64,000 nucleotides of DNA, from NCBI GenBank assembly GCA_043228905.1, contig JBHGNT010000012.1:18104001-18168000 (forward strand), written 5' to 3'. This DNA comes from Azolla caroliniana (Eukaryota > Plantae > Polypodiophyta). Within the stretch, counting starts at the first letter, position 1. Each line of letters opens with the position of its first letter. Shown here in pieces: positions 23,501 to 35,188 of this stretch. The position numbers and the translations under genes are program-made. The notes under the pieces were generated by a model. The model saw only the letters and a list, made by a program, of their open reading frames with translations, searched no databases and was not told where the DNA came from.

Positions 23501-25381
23501 TCTTGGTGTTGATGTCGGATGTGATGCGGCTACCTATTTGCCGTACTGGCAATGCTCGCAGAATTGGTGATCCGAGATGGAGAGTTTGGGGATGTAACCG
23601 GGTCTGGATAGGTGCGTTATGCTGGCCTTGCTAAGGTGTCCAAGTCGTCCGTGCCATAATGATGACACGGGGATATCAACCAAAAATAAGTCACCCTCTT
23701 TGAGTGTGACATATAAAGGGTACAGAGAGTGTACCTTCGGTCCTCGAGCAAGCAGGAGGTTCCCTTTGTGGAGTGTCCACCCTCCTGATGAGAATCCGGC
23801 ACGAATGCCGGCTTCGTCAAGTTGTCCGACTGAGATCAAGGGACTTGAGAGCTCAGGAACATGTCAGACATTGTGTAGTACGAGTGCAAAGCCACCCGGA
23901 AGGTTGAGCTCTATGGTGTCGATTCTGATTATAGCACAGTGCTGCGAGTTTTCGACTCAAACTGAGTCGGAGCGCCGGTCCGAGTATTGCCGAAACTGAG
24001 ATCGGTGAGGTGTCACATGATACGATGCGCCTGAGTCAAGAAGCCATGTGCTCGATTCCTCAGTCGCAAGCAGAACCTCTGATTCAATTGGGTTCTCTAT
24101 GAACAGTATGTTCGGGTCGGTCGTCAAAATTTCGGTTGAAGAGCCGACGTAGTTGACCTCCTCATGTCGGCTACTCTTCTAATCTGCTCTGTGAGCTTTG
24201 TCGGTTTTTGCTTTGAGTGCCCGGCAGTCGGCTTTGATGTGTCCCAGTTTCTTGAAGTAGTTGCAGATTCGGTTGTCTCGGGACTTGCTCCGGCTTCGCT
24301 CATTGTTCGGCGGTCTGGAAGAACTTCCCCGGTTGTTCGATCGGTCGGTCAAACCTTGTACTACGAAAGACTTTCTCCAAGTTGCTTTAGTCAAGATTGC
24401 GCTCGTGACTTCAGAGTACTTAACGGCAGCTGTTGAAGCGTTGCACACGGTTGTAATGAAAGTTTCCCATGAAGAGGGGAGGCTACTCATGAGTATCATT
24501 ACTGTGAGTTCATCCTCGATTGCCGTCCCCTGAGATGAGATTTGGGAGCTTTGGGAGCTTATGCTTTCGTACTCGTTGAGGTGTGCTTGAACCGAATCAG
24601 ATTCTTTCATCCCAAGTTGTAGAGGTGCCAGATCAGATACATCTTTGTTGCGGCGACCTTCTTTTCATAAGTTTCCGACAGTGTTTTCCAAAGTTCAAAC
24701 GTTGTCGTGCATGATTGCACTGTGAAGTACACTGACTCTAACAAGTGCATCCAAATCGTGGCTTGGACGATTCTATCTAGCTTTAGCCACTCATTTGCCT
24801 TGTATGCTTATGGAGGATTTTTATTCTTAATCGGGTCTATCTGACCCTTGACTATGAGATAGTCCTGCATTTGTTCCTTCCAGAAGTTGAAGTTCGAACC
24901 GTCGAACCTCCTTAAACTCATCTATAATGAGCTGGATGTTAATGCCATCTAATTCGGTTTCAGTTGGGAAGACTCGGTTTGGAGTTGACTACGAACCTTA
25001 GTGGGGTGCAGCCAGTCGGCTCACTCGATATCGTTCTAGTCGGTTTTGAACCCGAGTCGGTTTGGTTTCGGATACTTGTTGCTGAACTTGCTTGGAGTGA
25101 CTCTGGTAACTTGAGGGACAGAACCGTCTGGTCTTCCCGAATGTTGTCGAGTCGGAGTGAGCCCGGTTAGCTTCCGATTGTATGCCGAATACCGATTATG
25201 CGAAACCGATTGTTTGGGCTGATTTTGCTTCGGATGACTGCAACGATGAGAGGAACGGATCCAACTGGTCCTCCCGAATGTCGATCAGCCGAGTGAAGCA
25301 CGAATTTGGTTGGTTGTTTCCTGAACTTGGGCTGTCCAAGGGGACAGTATGAATACGGCCATTATACACTCGTATTCGACA
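20270..25381 (-). mobile_element. Element F: decayed Ty1/copia (Tnt1/Tork-like). Complete LTR 20388-20741 followed by an iMet PBS (20374-20385); only a 61-bp LTR tip (25321-25381) at the 5' end
   Basis: Direct repeat 20681-20741 vs 25321-25381, PPT at 20742-20750, copia domain order. (AG)n at about 20473-20541. Confidence 0.8.
20941..24950 (-). pseudogene. copia gag-pol of element F, fragmented
   Basis: gag 24179-24610, GAG-pre-integrase LWHGRLGH, VHSDVCGP, RT QLDVKTAFL and YVDDML, RH KHINVRYHF. Confidence 0.9.
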
Positions 25382-28300
25382 CACAGGCTCGCCGATTCGG
25401 CTCAGGCTTATTCAGCCGATCCGGATCTGGTTGAGCTTGCTGCTCAACACTCCCCCTCAAGCTCAACTTGAGGTCGGATCGTAGTGTCAGTCACCATGGC
25501 AGCTGGTCCTTGCACCCAGCTCCTTCTAGCGTCACTCCACCTTGCTCGCACTCCTCGTCAGGTTCGGTTCCGTTTTCCGCGACCCTTCTAATTCTGCGCA
25601 CCTCGACCTCAACAAGCCCAATTCAGCTCCCTCGCTGCTGTGACTTCAGCGCTTGCCGATTTGCCGATTGCTTCGTGTGGCATTGACTTTTGCTGCCTTC
25701 TGATCCTCTTGGCCTTGAATTGATCCGGTGAATCCGTCTGTTGAATTGAATCGGCTGTCTCTGATTCGTTCCAGATCTTGTCTGAATCGGTCGCTCCCGA
25801 TTCGTCTTCCGGTTACAAGCCCTTCACTACATCGGACCAGGTCCGGGTCTTGGCCTTCTTCTTCCGGTCGGCTCTGTCCTTCTTGACTCTGCCGTTGCTG
25901 CGGCTTGTTCCGACTTGTTCGGATGTGTCAACTTCCTTTGTCGACTCGGCTCCTTTCTTCTTCTTGTCTCTCGCTTTGTCGGTTCTTCCCTCACTGGCAC
26001 AATCGCAATCGATAGTTTCTTTGCCTTTGCTCCATTCCGGTGTCTTTGCCCATTCTCCCCTCAAGTGTGGCACGTCGAGATGCTGAACACCAAGCATTTT
26101 GGTGAAGTGCTGCAACTTGACTGATTCGAGCGGTTTGGTGAAGATGTCGGCAACTTGCCAATCCGTATGAACATATCGAAGTTCGACTTCACCGCTCAAT
26201 TCTATGTGCTTTGTGTGAGCATGGAATACGGGGTTCTTGGCGAGTTGCATGCTGCTTATTTGTCGCAGTAGATCAGGATCGGGGTCGACACTTCAATCCA
26301 CAGGTCTCGCAGGAGTCGCCGAAGCCAAATGGCTTCACAGGTGGCAACAGTAGCGCCCCGGTATTCAGCCTCAATGCTCGAAAGGGCCAGTGTTGGCTGT
26401 TTTTTGCTGCTCCACGCAACAGCCGTGCTACCAAGTGAAAACATATAGCTGGAGGTCGATCGGTGATCCGATGCATCGCCAACCCAAGCGACATCGGTGT
26501 AGCCGACTACCTCTTCGGTTATACCATGCCGGTATAACACTCCCCAGTCCTTCGTGCCGCTCACAGATCGCAAAATTCGATGCGCGCACAGAATGTGATC
26601 CATGGTCGGCTTTTGCATATATTGGTTGATCACGCCGACTAGATAAATGATGCCGGGTCGGGTGATTGTCAAATATATAAGACTTCCGACGATTTGTCAA
26701 ATATATAATTTTTCTCATCGCAAGACGGTCTGGAGTCCGGACGGAGCTTCTGGTTCTGCTCCAGGGGTGTGGAGATCGGTCTGCATTCTGTCATGCCGAA
26801 CTTGTATAGCATATTCAACACATAGTGTCTTTGTGAGAGAAATATGCCGTCGGGGGTTCGGATCACCTCGATCCCAAGGAAATAGTGAAGGTGCCCCAGG
26901 TCCTTCATCTGAAATGTGTTTGACATCTAGGACTTGACCCGACTCATTTCATTGAGTCCGGGTCCGGTGATGACTAGATCATCAACATACAACAAGATGC
27001 AAGCCGGATGAACAATGAAGAGTCGAACTTGGAGGCGACAAACCCCATCTTACGCAATCGGTGTGTGATTTTTGCATTCCATGCTCGGGGGTTTGCTTCA
27101 GGCCATAAAGTGACTTCTTCAACCGGCATACCGCCGACTTGTTCATCTCCGACTGGAAACCGGGGGGTTGGGTCATAAAGACGTCTTCTTCAAGATCTCC
27201 TTCAAGAAATGCATTCTTCATGTCCATCTGGTGAAGATGCCACCCCCTTGCCGCAGCAACCGCCAGCACCACACGAGCCGTCGTCATCTTTGCTACCGGA
27301 GCGAAGGTCTCGTCATAGTCGATTCTATGAGTCTCCGCGTATCCCTTCACCACTAACCGGGCCTTGTACCAGTTAACCGAACCATTGACATTGTACTTTA
27401 CCTTGTACACCCACTTACATCCGATTGGTTTACAGTGTCGGGGAGGGTCAACTAGGTCCCATCAAGTGCCCTCATTTCGTCCTTTGCTGCTTTTGCGTAG
27501 CTCTCCGGCTCACGCACTTCCGTCACCTTGGTCATGTACGCATAGTGATGCGCCATGTACTCATCGTACCCGTACCGCTTCACGGGATTCTTTTGGTGGA
27601 AAGACCGGCGTAACTTATCGGTACTCGGTTTGAGGCCCTTCTTAGCTGGTTCGGTCTTCATTGCCGAAGATCCGCCTTCTTCTTTTTCGGAGTCGGATCC
27701 GCTCCGATCCGACTCACCATTACCAGTCTCATGCTCCGATATCTTCCCCTTCCCCTTTTCCTTGCACGTGAACCGTCTCCTCGAATCCTTGCACGGGGGG
27801 AACACGACAGAGTCTCCATTACTCACCGGTTCATCCTCCGACTGGTCTGTCTGATCCAGTCGCTCGTTCAGCTCGCTCAACCGAAACGATTCCGGACTCA
27901 CATCTAGAGTCTCGAACCCTTCGTCTTCTAACTGGACCGGTTCCGCCTCACTAGCCTCATCCTTCGGTATCGGGTCGGGGTCGGAAGTCAGAGCCGGTAA
28001 TGCATACCATGATGCCATCTCATCAAACTCAACATCCTGACTAACTCGGACCTGCTTCGTCCGGGGGTTATAACACTTATACCCCTTTTGTTCATGCGAG
28101 TAACCGACAAGGATGCATTTCTCCGACTTTGCATCCAACTTCCTCTGCTTCTCATCCGGCACATGCACATATGCAATGCTACCGAATATCCGAAGGTGTC
28201 TCAAATTCGGCTTGCACCCGAAATACAACTCATGCGCGGACACCTTGTCACCAATCCGGTGTTGGATATAGACAACCATCTAGACCACCTCGGCCCATCG

Positions 28301-29181
28301 GCCCAGTAGAAATGGGGCATGCTCTTCTCCTCCAGCATTGCCCTTGCCGTGTTGATAATTGACCAGTTCTTCCTCTCGGCCACACCGTTTTGCTCCGGTG
28401 TGTATCTGCAGCTGAGCTCTCTCCGAATTCCTTTTTGCTGCAGATAATTGTTGAATTGGCTAGAAAAATATTCTTTTCCACCATCCGACCGCAAGCACTT
28501 GATCTTCCTCTCCGTTTCTCGTTCAACCAAGCTTTGTAGGTTCCGGAAACACTCGAAAACTTCGCTCTTCTGCTCAATGAGATAGATCCATGTGTGCCGG
28601 TTGTAGTTGTCAATGAAGGAGACGAAGTATCGACTCCCGCCAAGACTAATGTTCTGTGTCGGTTCCCATACATCCGAATGAATAAGGTCGAGCTTGTTAT
28701 GGCTATGGCTTCGTTCGGTGGGGAATGTAAGCCGAGTTCGTAGGCTTCACATATTTGGACCTTCTGGCCATTGAACTTCGGCAAACCAAAAACTACTTGT
28801 TTCGTTTGCAGGTCTTGTAGCCTCTGGTAATTGATGTGGTCGATCCGCTTGTGTTGGGTATGTGAGGAAGAGTGGGAAACACACAAGAAGCTCAAAGAAA
28901 GAAGCACTCACACAAGGAAGGCAATGGCTGGAATAGCTCTCTATTGATGAATGTTACTAAAAAAAAATAGGAGCTGAAATATATATCCCTAAGTACTAAG
29001 TACCACCACATATGAGTGACTCATGTATGTGGTAACATGGGGAAAAAACCTCTAGCCAGCACTAGAGTAAAAAGTGCCCATGTATAGGGAAAATGGTTCA
29101 CATCAAAGCTACTAGAGGAACACGCAAGTGTAACAAACCCCCCTGGAGCGAATGATGTGAACATGTACAAGGAGTGACAGA

Positions 29182-32100
29182 TCAGCCCCCACAAGGCAAT
29201 AAGCCTAAAGCTTTGCGAAAAGCTTCAAACTTTTCTCGTGGAAGAGCTTTGGTGAATATGTCTGCCACGTTATCTTGTGTAGGCACATATACCAAATCAA
29301 TATCTCCTGCATGAAAGCGCTCTCTCACATAGTGATAATGCACCTCAATGTGTTTGGTCCGTGCATGAAATACAGGATTTCGTGCAACAGCCAATGCACT
29401 CTGACTATCTGTGAGAATACGTGTAGCAACTTCAATCTCCATGCAAAGATCCATCAAAAGGCGTCTTAGCCATATACACTCCACTGTAGCTGTGAAAACT
29501 GCCCTGTACTCAGCTTCACAACTTGATGTCACCACTGTAGGTTGCTTTTTACTCAACCAAGATATACATGAGTTTCCAAAGAAAAAGCAATTACCACTAG
29601 TGGACACGCGAGTATCATAACAACCAGCCCAATCACTATCTGTAAAAGCATGCAAGCATGGCTGAGTATCTCTGCCATAAAAGAGACCCAAGCTCAAAGT
29701 GCCTCTAAGATATCTGAACACACGTTTCACTGCTTGCCAATGCTTAGTGCCAGGGCTATGCATGAATCGACTCAATTGGGAGACTGCATACTGTATATCC
29801 GGCCTTGTATTGCATGCATATATAAGACATCCCACAGCTTGTTGATAAAGAGAAGTATCAAACGCATCACTAGAATCCTCAACAGAGAACCTAAATCCTG
29901 TCTCCACAGGTGTATAAACCGGCTTGCAATCCTCAAAGTCAAAACGCTGAAGTAGTTTTTCAACATACTTTCCTTGATGCATAAACATTCCCCCCTCAAC
30001 GGATACAAACTGGATGCCAAGATAGTAGCTCAAAAGACCAAGATAAGTGACTTCAAAAGTATGCTGCAAATCAGCCATAAGAAAATCGAGTTTTGCATCA
30101 CATGACCCAGTCAAGAGTATGTCATCAACATAAAGAACGAGCACTAGAAGATCAGCCCCATCTTTGCGTACATAAAGTGTGCTTTCAATCGGACTACATG
30201 TGAAGCTAAGAGAAATCAAGTGCTTATGGATTTTTTCATACCATGCACGCGGAGCTTGCTTTAGACCATACAAGGCCTTATGCAAGCGACAAACCATATG
30301 CTCTTTCTCTTTCGTAGCAAATCCAGGAGGTTGCTTCACATAAACCTCTTCTTGCAAATCACCATTTAAAAAGGCTGTTTTTATGTCCAATTGATGCATT
30401 TTCCAACCTCTTTGGGCAGCCAATGCAACCACGGTACGAATGGTAGTCATGCGTGAAGTAGGTGCAAAAGTTTCCTCATAATCAATGCCATATTGTTGGG
30501 CATATCCTTTGGCAACCAATCTAGCTTTGTAGCGATCAATACTACCATCGGGCTTTCGTTTAATCTTGTAAACCCACCTAGTACCAATCACATTCTTTCC
30601 TTTTGGCAATTCACATAACTCCCAAGTACCATTTTTATGAATGGAATCCATTTCTGATTGCATAGCACTCATCCAATGTGGATCATCACATGCATCTTCA
30701 AAAGTAAGTGGCTCCTCATTACATGCTATTGCAACAATAGAATAATCCACAAAATTACCTGATGCATGGCGAGAGCTTGATCTTGTTTTACCAAGTAAAG
30801 GTGCACTCAATTTGCTATCTTGCAAAGTTTGTTTCAGCCACCTCGGCATAGTTTGTGACCTCTCGATAGCCATACGTTCATTATGTAATACATCTTCAAT
30901 ATGTACATCATGCGTGGGCTGAATTTCATGCTCATTTTCAGCCACATTTGGTTGGACATTTCGTGCATTTTCAACACTTATTTGCTGGAAATTTTTATCC
31001 CTTTGAGACTCACTTGGCTGGTCTACATGTCCATGGTCAAGCGTAGCACTTTGGAACAAAGGCATGAGTGTATCAAACACATCTTGTGAGCTAACTGTTG
31101 GTTGTTTTTTGCATTCAAGAAAAGGGAAAGCTGAATTTTCAGCAAATACCACATCTCGACTCACAATAATTGTGTCCGTCAATGGATGATACAAACGATA
31201 TCCCTTACTTTCCGCACTATAACCAACAAATATGCATTTCTTTGCCTTGTCATCAAGTTTGTGACGTTGTTGTGATGGCACAAGAGCATATGCCAAACAA
31301 CCGAACACACGCATATGACTAACCATAGGTTTATGTCCATTCCAAGCCTCATATGGCGTAATGACTCTCAACGCTTTTGTAGGGCAACGATTCAACACAT
31401 AATTTGCACACATAACCGCTTCCATCCAAAACTTGTTAGGAAGATGCTTTCCTTTAACCATACATCGTGCCATCTCTAAGAGTGTTCTATTTTTGCGTTC
31501 TGCAACACCATTTTGTTGAGGTGTATATGGCACCGTACATTGATGTAAAATACCTCTCTCACAAAGAAAAGCATTAAACTCATGTGACATATATTCGCCA
31601 CCACGATCCGTGCGTAGAGTCAAGAGCTTATTTGCGGAAAAATTTTCAGCCATAGCTAAAAATGATTTGAAGCAAGAAAAGACTTCATTCTTTGCTTTCA
31701 TAGGATACACCCATGTATGACGAGTAGCATCATCAATGAAGGTAACAAAATATACATGCTTTCCAAAAGATGGAGTCTTTACAGGACCACACACATCACT
31801 ATGAACAAGTTGTAATTTTCTTGTAGTGTGTGTATGACTATCTTTTGGAAAAGAAGCACGATGCATTTTTCCAAGAATGCAACCTTCACATGCATGTTTT
31901 TCAATGGACTCAAGTGTAGGCAACCCAATAACCATATCCTTCTTTTGCAAGTGAAGCAAACTATTGAAGTTCAAGTGACCAAAACGAGCATGCCAAAGCT
32001 CCATTTCAGCCATGGAAGAAGTATGTACAGCCAAGGCATTTAGAGAAGCCCTCTTGTATGTATCTAAACGGTACAAGCCATTGCATAATGTACCGGACAT

Positions 32101-32550
32101 CACGATAACATCACCATTGCTATAATCGTGAACCATGCACTTATCATCAACAAAATGTACATGAAGTCCGGCTTTGGCAATCAAAGGAACCGAAATTAAG
32201 TTCTTCTTGATACCGGGCACATACAATACATTCTTTAAGATGACAACACCTCCATTTGCAGCCGAAAGCTCAATTTCTCCTACTCCAATGATAGGATAAG
32301 AGGCATTGTTTGCACACACCACATGTCCACCTTTGGGTGCATCTTTCAAGGATGCAAAAAAACTTTTGCATGAAGTAATGTGCTTTGAAGCACCACTATC
32401 AAAGAACCAATCCGAATCAATCTCACTTACAACCATACATTTAGAGTGCAATGATGCATCATAATGATATGTAACAACACATGCCCAATAATCTTGAGCC
32501 ATGTTGGCCTCATCACTCTTTGCACTTGAAACATTTTCAGAAATGGTCAT
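29182..32550 (-). CDS. pol: Uninterrupted copia pol (PR-INT-RT-RH), 1122 aa
   Basis: WFFDSGASKH, LWHARFGH, VHSDVCGP, QQNGVAERKNR, LYVDD, ADIFTKAL. Confidence 0.93.
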   Translation of the reverse strand: MTISENVSSAKSDEANMAQDYWACVVTYHYDASLHSKCMVVSEIDSDWFFDSGASKHITSCKSFFASLKDAPKGGHVVCANNASYPIIGVGEIELSAANGGVVILKNVLYVPGIKKNLISVPLIAKAGLHVHFVDDKCMVHDYSNGDVIVMSGTLCNGLYRLDTYKRASLNALAVHTSSMAEMELWHARFGHLNFNSLLHLQKKDMVIGLPTLESIEKHACEGCILGKMHRASFPKDSHTHTTRKLQLVHSDVCGPVKTPSFGKHVYFVTFIDDATRHTWVYPMKAKNEVFSCFKSFLAMAENFSANKLLTLRTDRGGEYMSHEFNAFLCERGILHQCTVPYTPQQNGVAERKNRTLLEMARCMVKGKHLPNKFWMEAVMCANYVLNRCPTKALRVITPYEAWNGHKPMVSHMRVFGCLAYALVPSQQRHKLDDKAKKCIFVGYSAESKGYRLYHPLTDTIIVSRDVVFAENSAFPFLECKKQPTVSSQDVFDTLMPLFQSATLDHGHVDQPSESQRDKNFQQISVENARNVQPNVAENEHEIQPTHDVHIEDVLHNERMAIERSQTMPRWLKQTLQDSKLSAPLLGKTRSSSRHASGNFVDYSIVAIACNEEPLTFEDACDDPHWMSAMQSEMDSIHKNGTWELCELPKGKNVIGTRWVYKIKRKPDGSIDRYKARLVAKGYAQQYGIDYEETFAPTSRMTTIRTVVALAAQRGWKMHQLDIKTAFLNGDLQEEVYVKQPPGFATKEKEHMVCRLHKALYGLKQAPRAWYEKIHKHLISLSFTCSPIESTLYVRKDGADLLVLVLYVDDILLTGSCDAKLDFLMADLQHTFEVTYLGLLSYYLGIQFVSVEGGMFMHQGKYVEKLLQRFDFEDCKPVYTPVETGFRFSVEDSSDAFDTSLYQQAVGCLIYACNTRPDIQYAVSQLSRFMHSPGTKHWQAVKRVFRYLRGTLSLGLFYGRDTQPCLHAFTDSDWAGCYDTRVSTSGNCFFFGNSCISWLSKKQPTVVTSSCEAEYRAVFTATVECIWLRRLLMDLCMEIEVATRILTDSQSALAVARNPVFHARTKHIEVHYHYVRERFHAGDIDLVYVPTQDNVADIFTKALPREKFEAFRKALGLLPCGG

Positions 32551-33248
32551 GCCGGATTCCTTCTTCTTCTCATTGCGCTTAACAAGCTTTCTACATTATT
32601 CAATTGTATGGCCAACCTTTCGACAATATTTGCATTTTTTCTTCTTTTGCAAATCACCATCATTAGAGGAATAAGTGAAAGAGGGAGGTTGAGGCTTTGG
32701 TTTTGAAGAACCAAAAGCTGAACCATGCTTGCCTTTTCCTTTTTGTGAGATAGCAAGTGCTTGTGTTCCCTCTATCAAACCACTTCTATTCACTCTAGAT
32801 TGTTCTTCTTGCAAAAGAAGAGACACAACCTCATCAAATGCGTACATATCCGTATTCCCTTTTGCAACCAAACGAATAGTAGTAGCAAAGCTATGAAAAG
32901 ATTCGGGTAATCCTTTCAACAACGTAGAGACAAGTGATGTATTCGAAATGATCTCATCAATGTTTGCCAATTGCTCTTTCAAATCTTTAATGCGTGTCAC
33001 ATACACATATACCGACTCATTGTTGGTGGAGTAGATGAAGTCACTGTGCTCGAAGATGAACCTGTATCTGTGATAGTAGACTGTGAAGTAGTAGGACCGG
33101 CGGGGCGTCGATCTACATCTACCACTATGTTCCATAGTTGTTTGGCAACAAGAACGTGTTTCATCATGTAGGACCACATTGGATAGTTTGTCCCATCAAG
33201 CTTGTCTTCAGCTTGAAGCATGCCAAACAAATCACCATTGTTTGCCAT
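32551..33248 (-). pseudogene. gag: gag of element I with an internal deletion/frameshift (about 33020) and an in-frame TAA in the zinc knuckle
   Basis: MANNGDLFG...KLDGTNYPMW, then a frame switch to ESVYVYVTRIK. CKYCRKVGHTIE*CRK is in frame with pol. Confidence 0.85.
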
Positions 33249-35188
33249 TTTACCAAAGAACAAGAAAGTGGTAAAATATTACCTCAACAAATCGGAAATG
33301 AGTGCTGAAAATGCAGCTCACAAACTATCACTCGGATGACGATTTCGACTACACGAACGGCTTCGAAATGGGGGTAAAACAGCAGGGTACCTGCTGAAAA
33401 TGCGCTCCAAGTGCTGAAATACACTTCTCTATATTCGGAAGTTGATTTGCACAATGAAAAGTGCGCGCGCGCCGCGACACCGCGATGCGGACAACCGAAG
33501 ATGGAGAGGATGAAGAACTTGGCTCTGATACCACTGTTGGGTATGTGAGGAAGAGTGGGAAACACACAAGAAGCTCAAAGAAAGAAGCACTCACACAAGG
33601 AAGGCAATGGCTGGAATAGCTTTCTATTGATGAATGTTACTAAAAAAAAATAGGAGTTGAAATATATATCCCTAAGTACTAAGTACCACCACATATGAGT
33701 GACTCATGTATGTGGTAACATGGGGAAAAAACCTCTAGCCAGCACTAGAGTAAAAAGTGCCCATGTATAGGGAAAATGGTTCACATCAAAGCTACTAGAG
33801 GAACACGCAAGTGTAACAGCTTGTGCCAATATCTGAATCAGAGATCAATATCTGATTCAGTCTTCTATCCTTTGGCGAACAAAGTGGTGCCAACATCATT
33901 GGTGTCGAGGATGAACATCATCCCATCTCTGCGCCCTTGCGCAATAATATGGCCCTCTTCCTCGATGAAGCACCCAAGGTGAGTAAACCGCACCTGCATC
34001 CCCTGGTCAACAATCTAACCGACTGACACAAGGTTCTTTGTGATAGTCGGAACGTGTAATACGTTCATCAGCTTCCTCGATGTGGCTCAAAGGGACTTCT
34101 CCGACATGCACGATTGGGTGAGGAGTGTCATCCTGGTTATTTCGATTTTTCCAAGAAAGAGAACCACTCTTTGTGGCTCGTCATCTGATTCAACGCACCG
34201 GAATCAACGTACCACACTTCCTCCGATTTGGCCCTTTGCCGGCTTTTCTGGTTTTGGATCCTCCCGATCCTTCTACGTAGTGCGAGTATTGCCGGTTCTC
34301 TTTGCTGGCCTTGCCATATTTGGATCTGTCCGAATCATCGCGCTTCTTCCAACACTCGCTTTCTCTGTGGCCCTTTTTACCACAGTACTAGCTCTCTGTG
34401 TCGGCCTTTGCTTGCTGGCCTCCGGCGCCGCCTTGACTCCCCTTGCTTGTGGAGGGCCCGGAACTGTTGTCGACACATTCTCTGTGCCTTCGGTCCTGCT
34501 CTTGCCAGCTGCTACCATTGCGAGCCGACCCACCTTGTCCACCACACCCATGGGGCCGATCCGCCTCCGTGTACGGCATCGAGCTGTCGGTGGGTCCAGT
34601 TGTTGACGCACCGGTGTGCTTTTCCTCTACAAGAGCATTGAATGTAAGTCGAAAAATGACGGCATATTCTCCCTTGTACATACCGCCGTTCGGAACGCTC
34701 TGAACTTAGATGCTACGCCCCTAAGATAGATTTGCACCATCTCATCTTCCTCTATAGTGAGGTTGATAGAGGCAAGTGAGTCACAGATCTCTTTGACTCG
34801 GGCCATGTAATCGGCTACCGACATGTCCTTCTGTCGGACATTGTTCAACTCCTGTCGGAGTTGCAGTTTTCGGGTCATAGTACTTGGTGCAAAAACCTTC
34901 TTCAGGTTTCCCCAAGCTTCTTTTGGTCTCCGACATTGGACGCAAAGCAGTACATCACTCTGCTTGCTGCGTGTTCCCACACTGGGAAGTCCTTGTGTGC
35001 CGTATCAGGTGCTGTGTCGTTAGCTCCGTCGACATAGCTCTAGTCACCATGCCCAAGCAGGTATTGGTGCATCTTGTATGACCAAGATGCGTAGTTGGAT
35101 TTGTCGAGTTTCTCCATTGGGAGCGAGCTAGCCATTCCTCTGTCCATCACTTCTCTTTCTATTCTTACCAGGTCTTTGGGTTTGTCTT

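Larger units (their letters stand above)
28852..33818 (-). mobile_element. Element I: young Ty1/copia, 284-bp LTRs (28852-29135 and 33535-33818), TSD GCTTG
   Basis: The LTRs differ at 2 positions by eye. PBS at 33522-33533, PPT at 29136-29144. GCTTG at 28847-28851 and 33819-33823. Confidence 0.96.

Noticed and set aside
32596-32598. Programmed stop read-through between gag and pol in element I
   Set aside because: The TAA falls inside the CCHC zinc knuckle, which fits a point mutation.
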